A DNA stretch of 64,000 bases from Marsupella aquatica (lineage: Eukaryota; Plantae; Marchantiophyta): positions 27,164,110 through 27,228,109 of the forward strand of contig OZ316893.1 of the NCBI GenBank assembly GCA_973895155.1, written 5' to 3'. The notes under the pieces were generated by a model that saw nothing but the letters and a program-made list of their open reading frames with translations, made no database searches and was not told the DNA's origin. This document shows positions 38,256-51,833 of the stretch, piece by piece (position 1 is the stretch's first letter; each line of letters opens with the position of its first letter). Made by a program: the position numbers and the translations under genes.

Positions 38256-40578
38256 ATAAAAATATCACTGTTAATGTGAAACAAAGACTCCATTGATCTT
38301 CTAGCTTTTCTTCAAAAAGGCACTTGAGACTAACCGTAAATTGAACCATGTATTGTGCATGGACATATCTACAAGAACACAAGTAAAATCCTTCTATGCG
38401 TACTCAAAATCATTTAGAGTAGAAGACCATGACGCAATTGAGAATTACTGCACAAAAAACTCTCAAGTAGAACAATGGGACGCAATTGAGAACTAGTGCA
38501 CAAAAAAATCTGAAGAGTCTTCCAAAATTGCATGATACATGAAATCTGCGCAGTCACATTATGAGATCCACATGAACAACAAAACACTATCATGGAAAAA
38601 CACAACATTTGACTCCAAGCACAAGCAACACATTTTTTGTGAAGTAGAATAAAATTGTGTCCAATAAAACGGAGTGAACTGTTTGGCCTTAGAACCCTAG
38701 ACGTGATCATAGAAAATAAACCTACAGTAGAATTAATGCTCAATTGGGGTTGGAACTCCTGTTGGAAATTTCAAGACAGAAATACAAGGAGCATTTAACT
38801 CAAGATTTGTGCTAAACGCTAGCCTTGGTCTCTCAACTAAAGGTGAATCACATCTATATGATTGCTCAACTTGAGATCTGTAGAATTTATGGACTCATGC
38901 ACTCAATTAAATAAGAAAGAGATATAGCAAAGAAGGCCGTGGGGACTACAAATGTAGCAAATCGAGAGGCTCATTCCAAGAAGGATATGACAGAGAAATG
39001 CAGTGCAGGCCATGGGGTCGTTTTGCTGCTGAGATTTGTCATCCAAATATGCCTTGCTCACGACTACTCTGGCTTGTGTCTCTATCTCCAAAATTTCACC
39101 AATCAAACCAATAATTTCTTGTCTTCAGAACATACACTGGCACTGAGCAACAGAACTCTGCATGAGGGAACGAAGTACAAAGGCCCAAAGTCTTGGCCCA
39201 GTTGAGAAAAGCGAGAAGGTGCCGGTGTATCCCGAGTGACCCTCGTGTGGAGTCGGTATACCCTGACCTCAAAACCTGCTTTAGGGGGGGTGTATGAGTA
39301 ATGAAGATGGAACCCAAAGGTATTAAAAGGGTGGGATCGCCAAGCATGGGGAGTACAAAGGGGGTTTGGCATGCTCAAAGGCGAATGGAACACATCACTC
39401 ATAAACCCAAACAAAAGGCCAATATCGTTTTCTGGGATTTTATTGGGGGGAGACGCTAAGGTAGTACACTAGTACCCCCTTTCCAAAAACTGTAGATGAT
39501 GAAAGCCCAAATGTGCGGACACTTCGTCCCCAAGAACTGCCGTCCCACCTTCACAATGATGACCACTTTGGCTCTCCATAAATGCGCTTCATAGCTTCAT
39601 AGCGTGGACATAGAGTGCCCAATCATTTCAGTCTAGGCAGAGAACACGTGTTGGCTTTCTGAATGCGTCCTGTGATTCTTCCGAGGCTTTTTTGCGATTA
39701 TCTGTTCGGGACTTCGGGGTGTGTACAGTGCTTGGCCCAAGAAAAATCGGGGGAGGGACTTGTTTGCGTTCCTGCTACTGTACTTCGTCAGACTATCCGT
39801 TTCCATTCTTCAGAATGATGCGATGCTCCTAGGTTCTAGCACTTTTGCACTTCTCCTAAGCGCTCGAGATGGGTCGGGGCATGCGTGTCAATCTGTGCAT
39901 GTGCTGCATTGTTTCTGCCTCCGCTTTCGACTCACCCACGTGTGCTTGATTTGATTTGGTTTCGATTCAAATCATCGACGGACTTCCTGTAGTTGGCGGA
40001 GTGAGGTCAGCGAGGGAGCGAAATCATGTGACAGGCTTGGCTTCGACTGGGAACACAAGCACTCTAGCAGCGGGTGACTGGACAAAGAGAGAGTGTTTGA
40101 ACACGGGAAGACAGAAAGATCCTAGAAACGGCGTTGCAAGGGAGCTGGTAGTGTGGGAGTGATTTATCAGACGGGTTGAATTCGAATGCGGAAAAAAAGG
40201 AGCAGCGAGGCCGCACCGCTAGCAATTACGGCGGGACTGTGTCCTAGACACGTTGGAGAAAACTGTACCTCACTTTGAGGTCAGGGAATACAGGGAATTA
40301 TTGAGATTTGTGGGCACGAAGGTCAGACTTGGTGATGTGTTGTTGCGAATCTAGCTAGGGTCAGGGATACTGAGCAAATTTGGAGTGGAAAGAGGAGAGG
40401 GAAGTTTACTGACCCTAAACCTGCCGCCGTCATAGAACCTTTGCTTGCTTTTCCAGCTAGAGGGGCAATGGTAGCTTCTGTCCAAATCTAAAATTGCTTG
40501 GAATTGAATCCAAGCAAGAGGACAACAGGACGGAGAGGAGGAGCAGAAGAGCGTGTGGTATCGAGGAGAGCAGTAGCC

Positions 40579-43500
40579 ATGGTGTTGGCAGCCCAATTTC
40601 GGGCGGCTCAATGTGGGCACGGAGGAGTAGCAGCAGAATTTGTAGCAGCTGTGCCCTCCAATTCTTCTTTTTCCTCCTGTGTGTCCCCCAAACGATTCCA
40701 TGGCGGCAGGGCGCAATATCCATCTGCGCGAATATTATCCACCTGCCATGATGGTAATCACGCATTGCAACTCATATGAATTTTGTCGTAGTAGGGCACA
40801 CAAATGCTTGCATGCGTTTTATTGAATATTCTTTGCTTTTCCCAGGTTGAAGTCTCCTGAGCATTCTGGAAATCTTAGGCCTGAGTCAAAACTCATGACT
40901 GGAATTTTGTATGTCGATAGTGTTGTCCAGGTCGTGCAGGCCCATCAATCGCTTGAAAGCTCTCTGTATGAGGGAAACTGGGAGCGACGAAGGTAGAGTT
41001 TCAGGTATGTAGGAGTTTACAGATTGACTACAACTTCTCGGCACAAGCGTTTTCGAGAAGAATCCTTCAATACGTTGAAATGATTTTAGAGATCGTAGCA
41101 AAGCATCATTTACGTAAATAGGACCTCTGTGAAAGATGGAAGTTCGGAAATAATAATTTAAATCCTCTGCATCCATATATTAACCACATGAAAGGTAGTT
41201 GCCTATTCGATTTCAGTTTCAACCGAGGATGACAGAAATGTGAAAGATGAAGAGGCGGTATCACAGCTTAATGGACGCAGTGGAGGCTTGATGCATGACC
41301 CGCAAGAGAACACCAAGGCGGATAGCTATTTAGACTTTGGACACGACGAGAATGAGTCTTCGCAAAATGTAGAAAACTCCAGTAACGGGGGGATTGTTGT
41401 CGAGGAAACATTATCACAGCTTGAAGAGACATTAGGTGCCGCCGTGGCGGAGGCAACAGTAAAGGTCGTAGAGGTTGCAAGCTCAAGTATTGAAGTTGTT
41501 GCTGAGACAGTGGACGTGGCAGCACGAACCGTCTCTAATGTTGGTGAGATTGAACCTCCATTACTGACTGAAGAACAGTCTGTCGTGGATAAAGCTGCTG
41601 CCCTGAAGACAGTGGCTTTTTGGGTAAGCACATGAGCGAAAGGATACTCATCACAGCTGACAAAAACGTTTTACATGTGATGCTCCCAAAATTTCAAGCT
41701 TAAGATTGTGATAATCAGGTGAAATTTGAATTTTAAAGGTGTCAATGTGGAGGAATGAAAGTTCAAGTCTGACAATGTCACTGTGGAGTATTTAACCGTA
41801 CCCTCTTTCTTGTCAATTCCAAAATGTGCCCCTGGAATAATTAAATTAAGTTCTCTAAAGTCCGTATTGTTGCCATGTTTCAAGGCGTTCTTGTGTCACC
41901 ACAGTAAAAAACCAAACTGGGACCCTGTCCAAGGCATGATAGACTTATTTTCTCTAAAAGATTTGAACTCTAACCAGTGGCACCGTCGACGGCTTCAAGT
42001 CTGAGAACGAAATGGCGTTTAAACAAATGAAAGCATGGCACTTCCGGAGATTTTCCTGGAAGGCTGATCACTGAAAACTCCAAAATTTGAGAACTCATTT
42101 CTCCCTTCATGGGTGTAGGTAGGTGCAGCTGTGACATTTGGAGGTCTGGTGGGATTTAGAGAAGGGACTGGCAAGGCATCTGAATTTTTCGCTGGGTAAG
42201 TTCGATCCTCATCGTTTTCTCGTCCAATTCTCGTCTAGTTTACGTTCAGAACCGTTGAAAGTGCTTTATGAAGCATTGATTTTTGCCTTTGACAGTCTTT
42301 GTTGATGTGGAGTTGTTTTAATTGCAGATATCTCCTTGAGCAAAGTTTATCGGTAGACAATCTGTTTGTTTTCGTACTTATCTTCAACTACTTCAAAGTC
42401 CCTTCTCCATACCAGGTTTTATCTTCTTTCCCTTTCCCAACGACTTTTGGAAGAGAACTTTGCAATTGTCCATAAGTGTTACCCTGTTGACACTTCAAAG
42501 TTTTTAGTCGAGTGCGACGGAGACAATCTTAATTTTTTTACTGCATACACATTAAAGCGAGCTGAATGCTCTGGCTGATTTGTAAAATATACGCAGAGTC
42601 GAGTGCTTACATACGGAATCGCTGGAGCAGTTGTGTTCCGGGCTGTGATGATTGGCCTTGGTATTGCATCCCTCCAGGTGTGTCTCATTTCTCTCAAACT
42701 TGGAAAACGCGTGTCTTTTTGGTCTCTTGGTAGTAAGCCTATTCGTTTCAAAAGTTGTCTTGGCATTCGTCTGTTAAACCTTGCCGTGAGAGAGTGTCTG
42801 GAAAGCCTTTTCACAGTTAGCTTCTTAATTATTATGCAACGAGGGTATCTCAAGGGTATACTCTTTTCTTGCACCGGTTCTGTGTCGTTCCCAGTTGTCA
42901 ATTTGAGGATGGCATCTGACCGATTTTCTCCTTACCCTTTTGTCTTGTTGCAGAAATTCGAAGGGTTAAATCTAATCTTTGCAGCTATCTTAGTTTTTTC
43001 ATCGTTTAAGGTAAAATTTCCTTTTTCTCACAAACATATAGCCACCTAGTTTAAGTGTCAGCTCGATCTTTACATAAATCTTTGGAAGGGTAGCATATTC
43101 ACTTGAAAAACATCAGCCACAGAAATCGTCGTTGGTCCGTCTTCTTCATTTTCTCGAGGTTCATTTAAGCAGACAAGAGAAGTGACTGGGACTGAATAGT
43201 CCTTTGACATAGCTGTCACATTTTGTTTTAAGAGTATGTCACCTAATTTGGTAATTCAAGGTCTGCTGAGGATGTGGGAAGCAATAGATGACCCGCGTAC
43301 AGACACCCTCGTGGATAATCAAAAAGAATTTTGTGAGCAAACTATTATATACAACTGAATTGGACGACTAATAATACTAGTGGGCTGTGGTTTTCTCTGC
43401 AGCTTGTTTCTGGAGATGGTGATGGAGAAGAGGATCTGTCAGACAACTTTATTGTCAACCTGTGTCGAAAATTCATTCCAGTGACCTGTAAATTATTTTG

Positions 43501-46265
43501 ACCGTCTTATTGAATTCGTGATGTCTAAAGTTCAAACAGAAATTCTCCCAGCGGGACTCAAAGTTTGGTACATCTATTTTGCGCATGCTTATGTCTCTTT
43601 AGTATAGACTTCTAGACAACCAATCAATTAAACTTATCGGAAATCTTGTGGTAGTCCCCTTGCTTTGCTTCAAATGGGGGGTCTGTGTGCATTATATGGA
43701 AGCATTGTACGTATGAAGAAGTTAATGATACGGTTAAAGGTACCCTGAAGGTGTTAATGTAATGGAGAGCCTGTTTATGTGTCTTGCAGCAACTTATGAT
43801 GGTAGTAATTTCCTGACAACTGTTGGTGGTGTGAAAAAGGTGAGCCTCCAAAGTTTTGAGGTTTTGGGGGTTTTCTAATGTGGACAGTTTTTCATCCAGT
43901 TTTACCAACAACGTGAGCAGCAAATAGGAATCTTATGCCAGATTTCTTTATTTCCGTTGAGTGATAAATTTATGGATCCTTCTGACACTCTAAATCAGCT
44001 TACTGTTTGTGTTTTGTGGGATATCTTAGAACTAGGTCTCTATTAGTTTATGCAAATGATTTAGCTAGCAAACTATCGCACAAATTTGACGAAGATTGGT
44101 CCCGTTTTCCAGGCAACACCGTTGCTCCTCACTCTTGTCGTCGTTGAACTCAGTGACATTGCATTTGCGGTAAAAAACTCTCACCCTCTCTTATGGGATT
44201 TGTTCCCTTGGGGACCTCTTCCCTGCACCTCTTCTATTCCCGTAGTGGTCATAAATGAGTATTTCAAGTCCACCAGAGAGAAGAAAAAACCCCAAAAGTT
44301 GGAGCTGCTCTTGTTTCCGAAATGGAAAGTAACTGTAGAGATTGTTTTTTTTTTGTTTTCGGTTTTCAAACGGTTCTGGTTTTGGGGGGACCGTGATGGG
44401 CGTTTCACACTTGGCTCAGCTTTCAGGCCGGGTTGATTCTGTTTGTCAGTGCTAGAAAGCAGCTACGATCAGTGAAACTAGTGGATTTATAGGAAATTGC
44501 CACAATTCAGGTTTTCTTTTCTGACATGCAAATTCTCAGGCGTCTTTAGTACACATGTCATTGCAATTTGGGAAAAAAGTTGGCTTGGTATGGAGACTAT
44601 CTGAAAAGTTTGGTGACATTGGCAATGCCACTTCTCTCCACTTTAATGAAGAATTTAAACTTTCATGCTGCACTTGTTTGTTTCAGGTGGATTCCATTCC
44701 TGCTGTTTTCGGAGTGACCAGGGATCCTTTGATTGTGTACTCTTCAAATATTTTTGCTATTCTCGGTAAGCCAGGATCACTTTCGAATGAATATCAGATT
44801 GTTTCCTCGCATGATCATAGCTTTTTCTATCTGAATAGAGAGGAATGATTCACTGCACCTGTGTTTGCCCTTTTTTGTGCAGGTCTTAGGTCTCTATACA
44901 CATTAATTTCTGGGAATATGGGTGAGCTCGAGTATTTGCAGGTATTTAATAGTTCTTGTACATGTGCTCTCTGCCTTGTCATATATGGTTTATCTTGGAC
45001 TCTGTTAAAAATGAGATTGGATTTCATGTATATACAATTTCTGGTGAATATTGTTCTGCCGCAGTGATAAAGTGCTTTGTGAAGAAAAGTGCTAGAGTCT
45101 GTGTCGTGCTCAAGAACATTACACTAAACTTGGGCTGAGATGTTCGGTCATAGCGTAAACAGTCTCGAATGTAAATATAAACAGTATTCTACATTTAGAA
45201 GAATAATGCTCATAAGCAGTATGGCTTTGTCGGCACTTGGTTTTGGTGATTACAATAAGTTCTTGGGTAATGAAATGCATTTGAATTCTTGATTTGTTAG
45301 CCAAATGTAATTGTCGCCTCTACAGTTTTAGATCAATTCCAACGCCGTTTGTCGTCTATGTGGTCTAGTTACAGTGAAATTTCACCACCATATTGTGTTT
45401 GATGGAAGCTTCCCTTTCAATATCAACTCCAGAAATTTTATGGATAGCAGTGAAAGGAAAAATCCGGCGGGGTAGGAATGAATGCCTTCACAAGTCGCAT
45501 AGTTCGTGATATGTGTCTTTCTTTTCCCAAGCCATTCTGTAATTCACACATGTTTTAAAGTGTCCAACTTTGAAACATGGAGCGTTAGAATTGGCCTCAT
45601 GTTGCAATGAGCTGTACTTAGAGTTGAGTTCAATCTCTACTTGTCGAAGGATGGATTGTCACGCTGGAACAGAAAAATACTTGAAAAAGGCTGTACGTCG
45701 TTGGAAACTAACGGCCGTTTATTTACATGTTGGAATGGAACAGCCATCTGTAGGTATCGTATTGGGCTTCATTGGCGCTAAAATGATTGGAGAATTTTTC
45801 GGTAAGGAATACTTTTCTGTTATTGAGGTTTATGAGCTTAGTCTTCGAAGAAATTTAAGCAGACGAGCATGTTCTCAGGCTATGCTAATGGTACATATGA
45901 TCAGATAAGGATCTTGTAGAATGCGAGAAGTTGAGGTCTATCCTTAGGATGGAGGTCAATTGTCAATTGTCAGTTTTTAAGTCTTTTTGTTCTTTAGTGT
46001 CTCTGTGTCACAACCTGGAGCACAAGCCAGGATATGATTTTCTAGCTCTCATTTAAGAGACCTACTAGTTTTGCGTTGAGATACATCCATTGTTCTTGTA
46101 TGCTTATTCTTCCATTTGCAATACTCATGACAGATTTTTGTTGTGTGTGTGCAATGGACAGGTTTTCATGTACCAACCGAGGTTTCATTAGGTGTGGTAG
46201 CTGTAGTCCTTGGTACTGGTGTAGGTTTGAGTCTTTTGCAACGGTCCAAGAACAGGAAAGACTAA
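40579..46265 (+). CDS. TERC: Thylakoid membrane protein TerC (chloroplast); exons 40579-40753, 40921-41004, 41217-41623, 42119-42195, 42328-42415, 42597-42677, 42954-43010, 43403-43487, 43790-43839, 44113-44169, 44687-44765, 44883-44941, 45744-45801, 46162-46265
   Basis: TerC signatures: [98 protein letters not shown] boundaries keep the frame throughout. The first two exons (transit-peptide region) are less certain. Confidence 0.92.
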
Positions 46266-47429
46266 AGAATATTAGAACTATACTAGTGGTCTTTCCCATT
46301 GGGGTGACAAAGCACCATAACACCTTCAACCATGGGGACAAGAAGCAGACCTTGTATAGTAACTCCAAATACGGACTCATCACAGGTCCAGCGCATCCCT
46401 TTTGGTAGTTGATTTGTTCCCCTCGTGATCCATATCTTAGTTTAGAAGGATTTATGTGCAACAGATGATGGATTGATCGGATGAGAAAGTGAGACACTGG
46501 AGGTGTTGCCTTGCTATTCACACTGTGCAGCTACCAGCTTCAGGTGGTATTTTGCAGGCTTGTGTATACATATCAGTCCTATCAGATTGCAATAATTCAG
46601 TGCACTGTACGACGTTTCCGGAAGTTAATATGGGAGTTGCACTCGCAAGAAATCTAGCTCCAAGCAGCTTTGTCTTTTGCTTTGGAAGTAAGGAGAACTT
46701 TTCAGTTTACATCTGTTTTGGTCGAGGCTGTTGATCTTGAAATTCAAATGTATAAGTGAGTGAAGTAGAGTTTCATGTAGTAGGAGAATCTATACAACTT
46801 TTTCACGGATCTTGAGTCCCTTTTCCCTCATCGTGTCTAGGGCCTAGGCTATTATGTCTTGCTTACTCTTTCCCCCTTTGCCTTCTATCCAGATGCTTTG
46901 AATTAACATTTGATTTCTCAATATCCAGTTCCATTTGGCTCGTTTTGCAATTAGTTTGGGGTATTGGCAAATAGAACATCACATATCGCAAATAGAAGGT
47001 CGCGCAATGCTTCAGCTTTCATTTGTCCTGAGTTAGAGGATGAAAATAAATTTCATCCCAAATTGATGTATAAACTATCTGTTCATGAAGAGCTCGACAT
47101 TTTCATCTTGTCTCCATTTGCAATTATACCAATTGGCATCCATTTGATGCCGTAATTGCCTCCTTCCCTTTGCCCTTCAGTTGAGATGCTTTGAGTTGGC
47201 AGTTGGTCCCCTAATGCAATTCCTTTTGGCTCCTTAGTCCTGGTGATTCCTGTTGATTCCTTTTTGAGTCGTTTTGGAACTAGCCCTTGTGATGTGGGTG
47301 TGTTGGTCCAGGTGTTCCAAAAATGGAAACATACCAGTAGGTTTGTCACTACTGGTTGTATCTTGTGGCTTCATTCGTCAACTCTTTATCCATTCATTAG
47401 CCTGATGCCTGTGCGTTGCACAAAAGATA

Positions 47430-48390
47430 TTGAGATGAGGAAAAAATGTTGAGATGAAAAAAGATGTTGATGAGAGAAAAAAATATAGAGGTGAGAAAAA
47501 GTGTTGAGATCAAAAAAGTTGTCGATGAGAAAAAAAAATGTTGAGGTAAGTGTTGAGATCAAAAAATGTCAAGATGAGAAAAAGATGGTGATATAAGAAA
47601 AAGATAAGTCATCAAGGTGAAAAAATGATGTCAAGGTGAGGAAAAGGTGTAGAGATGTTAAAAGATGTCAAGGTGAGAAAAAGAAATAAAGGTGAGAAAA
47701 AGAAGTCAAGACGAGGAAAAGATGTTGAGGAAAGAAAAAAATGTCAAGGGTGAAGAAAAAATGTAGTGGTGAGAAAAAGACATCAAGGTGAGAAAGAAAT
47801 GATGATATTAAAAAAATGTTGAGGTGAGGAAAAGATGTCAAGGTGAGAAAAGGTCTCGAGGAGAGAAGAAGATGTCGAGGGGAAAAAAAATATCAAGTGA
47901 GGAAAAATGTCATGTTGAGGTAAATTGTTAAGTATTTACTCAAGGTCTAGGGTTACGATATGTAACCATAGTTAGGCTAACCATAGTCAAGGACATGGTT
48001 AGGTTAACTAGGATGCACACTATATGTCAAATGATGTTTGCTTGGATAAATGGAACTAAGACTCATTGTTACAAAGTCACTTGAGAGGTGAAGAGAACTT
48101 ACACTTTGGAGATTTGGTATGGCTGATTAACTTAGAGTTCAGTAAAATTCTCTTGTGTGTTCATGTGGAAGTAGTTTCGAGAAAGTGAACCATATATTTT
48201 TTGTATTGAGTACTTGCGTGTTGGATGCGTCATGTGCTTACCGTTTCGATTGTCGTCTATGTTCAACATAAAGATGTGAATGTGAGAAAAAGATGGAAAA
48301 ATGAGAAGAAAATGTCAAGGCAAGGAAAAGATGCTTACGAACAATAAACATGTGAAGATGAGAAAATTAAAGATGCTAAGGTGAGGCATA
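47430..48390 (+). repeat. Degenerate ~21-bp purine-rich minisatellite (consensus near AAAGATGTCAAGGTGAGAAAA)
   Basis: Dozens of imperfect units, split by the solo LTR. The same unit occurs at positions 1-90. Confidence 0.8.
47926..48268 (+). mobile_element. Solo LTR (343 bp) inserted into a degenerate tandem repeat
   Basis: TGTTA...CAACA termini and TSD TAAAT/TAAAG. It is colinear with the LTR-like segment at 5116-5474. Confidence 0.72.
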
Positions 48391-49580
48391 TAAAAGAGTT
48401 TTGCCATGTAGTTGTCGAGGTATGTTGTGTGCGATCTGACCATATAGTTGTTGTGGCAGTGTTTGTTGTGGTTGTGTTCTGTAACTCGTGTTGCACATAA
48501 AAATTGGAGACGTAAGATAATGGCCACCGCTCATAGAGTCTAACCGAGTGACAGGAAAAAATATGTTTTCTTTAAGTTTTAAATTTTCAAAGAAAATTCT
48601 ATTAAAAAAATATCAGAGTTTTTCCCCCATTTTTCTAAATATAAATACAGTTGACTATTTAAAATTAAGTTTGCATCTTGGGCAGGCTAAAATTGTAGCT
48701 TGGGTACATATTTATTTTAAATGGTGTGTATGGATAGATCTTACATATAAAAAATAATGTTTTGATAAAAGTCTAAGATCGATTCACATTTTTTATGAGT
48801 TTGGAAAAGAACAATCTTTTTGGTGGGATAGGGTATTATATGGGAGACACTCCTTCCCCCCTTTCATTACCTCAAAGATACATTGAAAGGAAAATCAAAT
48901 TCTAGCTTTTAGAGAAAGAATAAAAAACAAAACTATAGAAATTCTCTTTCCATTGGTAAATATATTGTTCAAAATTATATACACCCATTTTATTTGGAGA
49001 GTATTACTAAATATACATCTACTTCTTTCCAATAATAGAAACGCCTTTAGCATGTAATGATTGAGTACCCTATTCAATATTCATTTGTGACAAACATATT
49101 CTGATGTTCCTTAACTTGTACAAGCTAGGTGCTCACTCCCAATTATTATCAGCTGGGTACCATTTAGGTACCTTATTGTCTTGTTTCCTTTGGATACACT
49201 CATTTATAACTCAAAGGTGTGAATACATAAATAAATTAAAACATAAATCCAATGGTAAGCCACCAAATCTCATTTTGTAAACATACTTTTGTTGTTCATT
49301 TATTCATCACGTTCCAGGAGAGCCTGACCATGACAACTTTGGCAGTTAAAAAATGTACTTTATACGGGGGATGGAGTTCCCAATTATTCAGGCTAGAGTA
49401 CAGTGTCTGCGCCCATGGGCCTTGCTGTGATCCATTTTGATCTCTGCACTCTTTTGGCCCTTGCTTTTCAGGGGAAGATAAGACGGTGGGGCACCCACAA
49501 AAGTCCAGCCCTGTCTCTTTGCCGTTTGGAGGACAGGACATCGTTGTAATGAAGTTGAAGTAGAAGTAGAAGTGTGGAGA

Positions 49581-51833
49581 ATGCAACGCAGCGCAATTCC
49601 GAGGACTCTGCATCGGTGCACCCACTTTCTTCACGGCTATTCATTCCAGTCGTCGGATGTTCCCATGTTTCCAGCATTTAGCCTTCTGCAAAGAAGCTCG
49701 AAATGGGTCGGTGGCGTCACCTTCGAATCGGAATCATTTTCCGTTCGTAGCACAGCCCCATTGCTCTTCTCTCGTGAAAACCAACGATTCTGTCCAACAA
49801 GTGAAAGCTCGCTTCCTCTCGTCAAGGAAGAAGGTTTCCCCAAAGATTGCAGCCAACGACGACCGCCCCCGAAGCCTACCAACCGCACTCTTACATTAGA
49901 GAGTGAGTTGTGCTTATCGAGTCAAGCGCCCTCGAGAAGATGCGCTCCCGTTTTCTTCGCAACAAAGGATGCGGGGGTAGAAGTGATTGGAACCCCATGT
50001 CAAGGATCACTGGTGTTTGAGCTTGAGAAGCGCTATTATTCCATGGACCTGATTCGACCTGCATCACCCTCAGCGGCAGTAGCAGTAGCAGAAGCGGTGG
50101 CGAAGGCGGAGCCTGCAACTGAGCTTGCTAGATGGTTCTGGGAAGGGACTCAGAAGGAGGCTTATTGCGCTCTCTACGATCCATTCGTGGTGGCTCTCGC
50201 AGCGGGAACTCTGCACATCAGCGCCTTCAAGAGGTACATTGGGCAAGACATCTACTTTTTGGCAGCTTTTGCTGAGGCTTATGGACTAGCAATTGAGAAC
50301 ACTGACGATCCGGAAGCCAAGGCTGTTCTGCAAGTACTGAAGCTCGGTGTCCAGGATGAGCTCAATCAAGTGCACTCGTCTGTAGTCTCTTTAGGGGAGG
50401 CTGTGACAGAAATCCATCCTAATGCTGCCACTTCTGCCTATACGGATTTTCTGTTTGGGGTCGCAAGTGGGAATGACGATGATACAAAGTTTGAGGTTAA
50501 CAAGGGGGGTCGTGCTGATGAAACTGCTGCTCTTCAATGGAGAAGAAGGAGAGCAGCCTGCACAATTGCTGCCATGACTCCTTGCAATCGGTTGTACGCA
50601 TTCTTAGGGCAGGAGATTAAAAAAGCTCTCAAGGGAGACACGAGTTCGAGTGCTTATGCTCAGTGGATTGACACATATGCATCCACGGATTTTCGATCCA
50701 CTGCTATTCGGAGTGAGCAGCTGGTGCATGGACTTGCCATGCCATTCCCTGGGGAAATTGACGTGGCCGCCATGGAGAGGCTGTATCGTCGTGCGATGGA
50801 CCTGGAAGTGGGGTTTTTTGCTGCCCAGGAACAGCCTCCCCTATCTCCTGTCTTTGTCCCAATATTTCGTAGAGGGCTGGCTTCCAATTCTCATTTCGTC
50901 CTCATGTCAGACTTCGATTCAACATGCACGGTGTCCGATTCGTGTCCAGTATTGGCAGATTTATCCGTAGCCACCAGAGAAAAGGAGATTGCGACTGGAG
51001 GAGGAGTAGCAATTTCTTCTGCAGAGTCCTTAAGGAGTCGGTGGGATTCATTAGTTGGTTTGTACACACAAGAATTCACCGAGTTGCTTGACCTTTTACT
51101 GTCTGACAAGGAGCTCGGCCCTCGAGGGTCACAGCAGGAAAGGGCTTACAATCCAGGGACAGCACGGCAGGTTTTAGAGGCACTTGCAGAGTTTGAGATC
51201 GCTGCCAATAAAAGGGTGGTAGATGCCAGTGTCCTGTCGGGCCTGAGTATAGAAGATGTGAAACAGGCGGGAGGGAGCATTCCACTCCGTGAAGGGTGCC
51301 GTGATTTGCTGAAGCGAATTTCTGGAGACAGTTTGCCAATAGATTTTCAAATATTGTCCGTCTGTTGGAGCCGTTCCATTATCGAAGGCTCTTTTTCTGG
51401 GAATGGCCTACAATTCGGCGAAGTTCATTCTAACGAGCTCGAGTTTGATAACAAGGGCGTAAGTACGGGAAATATGTTGAGAACAGTTCAAACAGCTGTG
51501 GACAAGGAGAACTGCTTCATCGAGATTATGAATCGAACTAGAGAAAAGCTGGAAGGCAAATTGAGTTCGAAAACTCCCTTCGCCGTATACGTCGGAGACA
51601 GCCTCACGGATCTCCTTTGTTTGCTGAGGGCCGACATTGGAATTGTAGTAGGTGACAGCAGTAGCCTTAAAAGGGTGGCCGAGGCAGCTGGAATCACCCT
51701 CCTTCCTCTCTACAGTGGGTTATTGCAACAGCAGGAAGAAGCTACCCAGGTTGATACTTGGACAAAAGTGAATGGAGTCTTGTATCGAATCTCTAATTGG
51801 CATGAATTGCATGCTTTCCTGCTAGGCAGTTGA
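49581..51833 (+). CDS. TH2: Bifunctional TH2-type protein: TenA/thiaminase-II-like domain fused to a HAD thiamine-monophosphate phosphatase; single exon
   Basis: TenA part: PFVVALAAGTL..FKRYIGQDIYFL.AFAEAY, AAMTPCNRLY (conserved Cys), YAQWIDTY. HAD part: SDFDSTCT, ILSVCWS, YVGDSLTDLLCLLRADIGIV. First ATG is at 49581, with a second in-frame ATG at 50043 just before the TenA domain. Confidence 0.92.
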   Translation: MQRSAIPRTLHRCTHFLHGYSFQSSDVPMFPAFSLLQRSSKWVGGVTFESESFSVRSTAPLLFSRENQRFCPTSESSLPLVKEEGFPKDCSQRRPPPKPTNRTLTLESELCLSSQAPSRRCAPVFFATKDAGVEVIGTPCQGSLVFELEKRYYSMDLIRPASPSAAVAVAEAVAKAEPATELARWFWEGTQKEAYCALYDPFVVALAAGTLHISAFKRYIGQDIYFLAAFAEAYGLAIENTDDPEAKAVLQVLKLGVQDELNQVHSSVVSLGEAVTEIHPNAATSAYTDFLFGVASGNDDDTKFEVNKGGRADETAALQWRRRRAACTIAAMTPCNRLYAFLGQEIKKALKGDTSSSAYAQWIDTYASTDFRSTAIRSEQLVHGLAMPFPGEIDVAAMERLYRRAMDLEVGFFAAQEQPPLSPVFVPIFRRGLASNSHFVLMSDFDSTCTVSDSCPVLADLSVATREKEIATGGGVAISSAESLRSRWDSLVGLYTQEFTELLDLLLSDKELGPRGSQQERAYNPGTARQVLEALAEFEIAANKRVVDASVLSGLSIEDVKQAGGSIPLREGCRDLLKRISGDSLPIDFQILSVCWSRSIIEGSFSGNGLQFGEVHSNELEFDNKGVSTGNMLRTVQTAVDKENCFIEIMNRTREKLEGKLSSKTPFAVYVGDSLTDLLCLLRADIGIVVGDSSSLKRVAEAAGITLLPLYSGLLQQQEEATQVDTWTKVNGVLYRISNWHELHAFLLGS

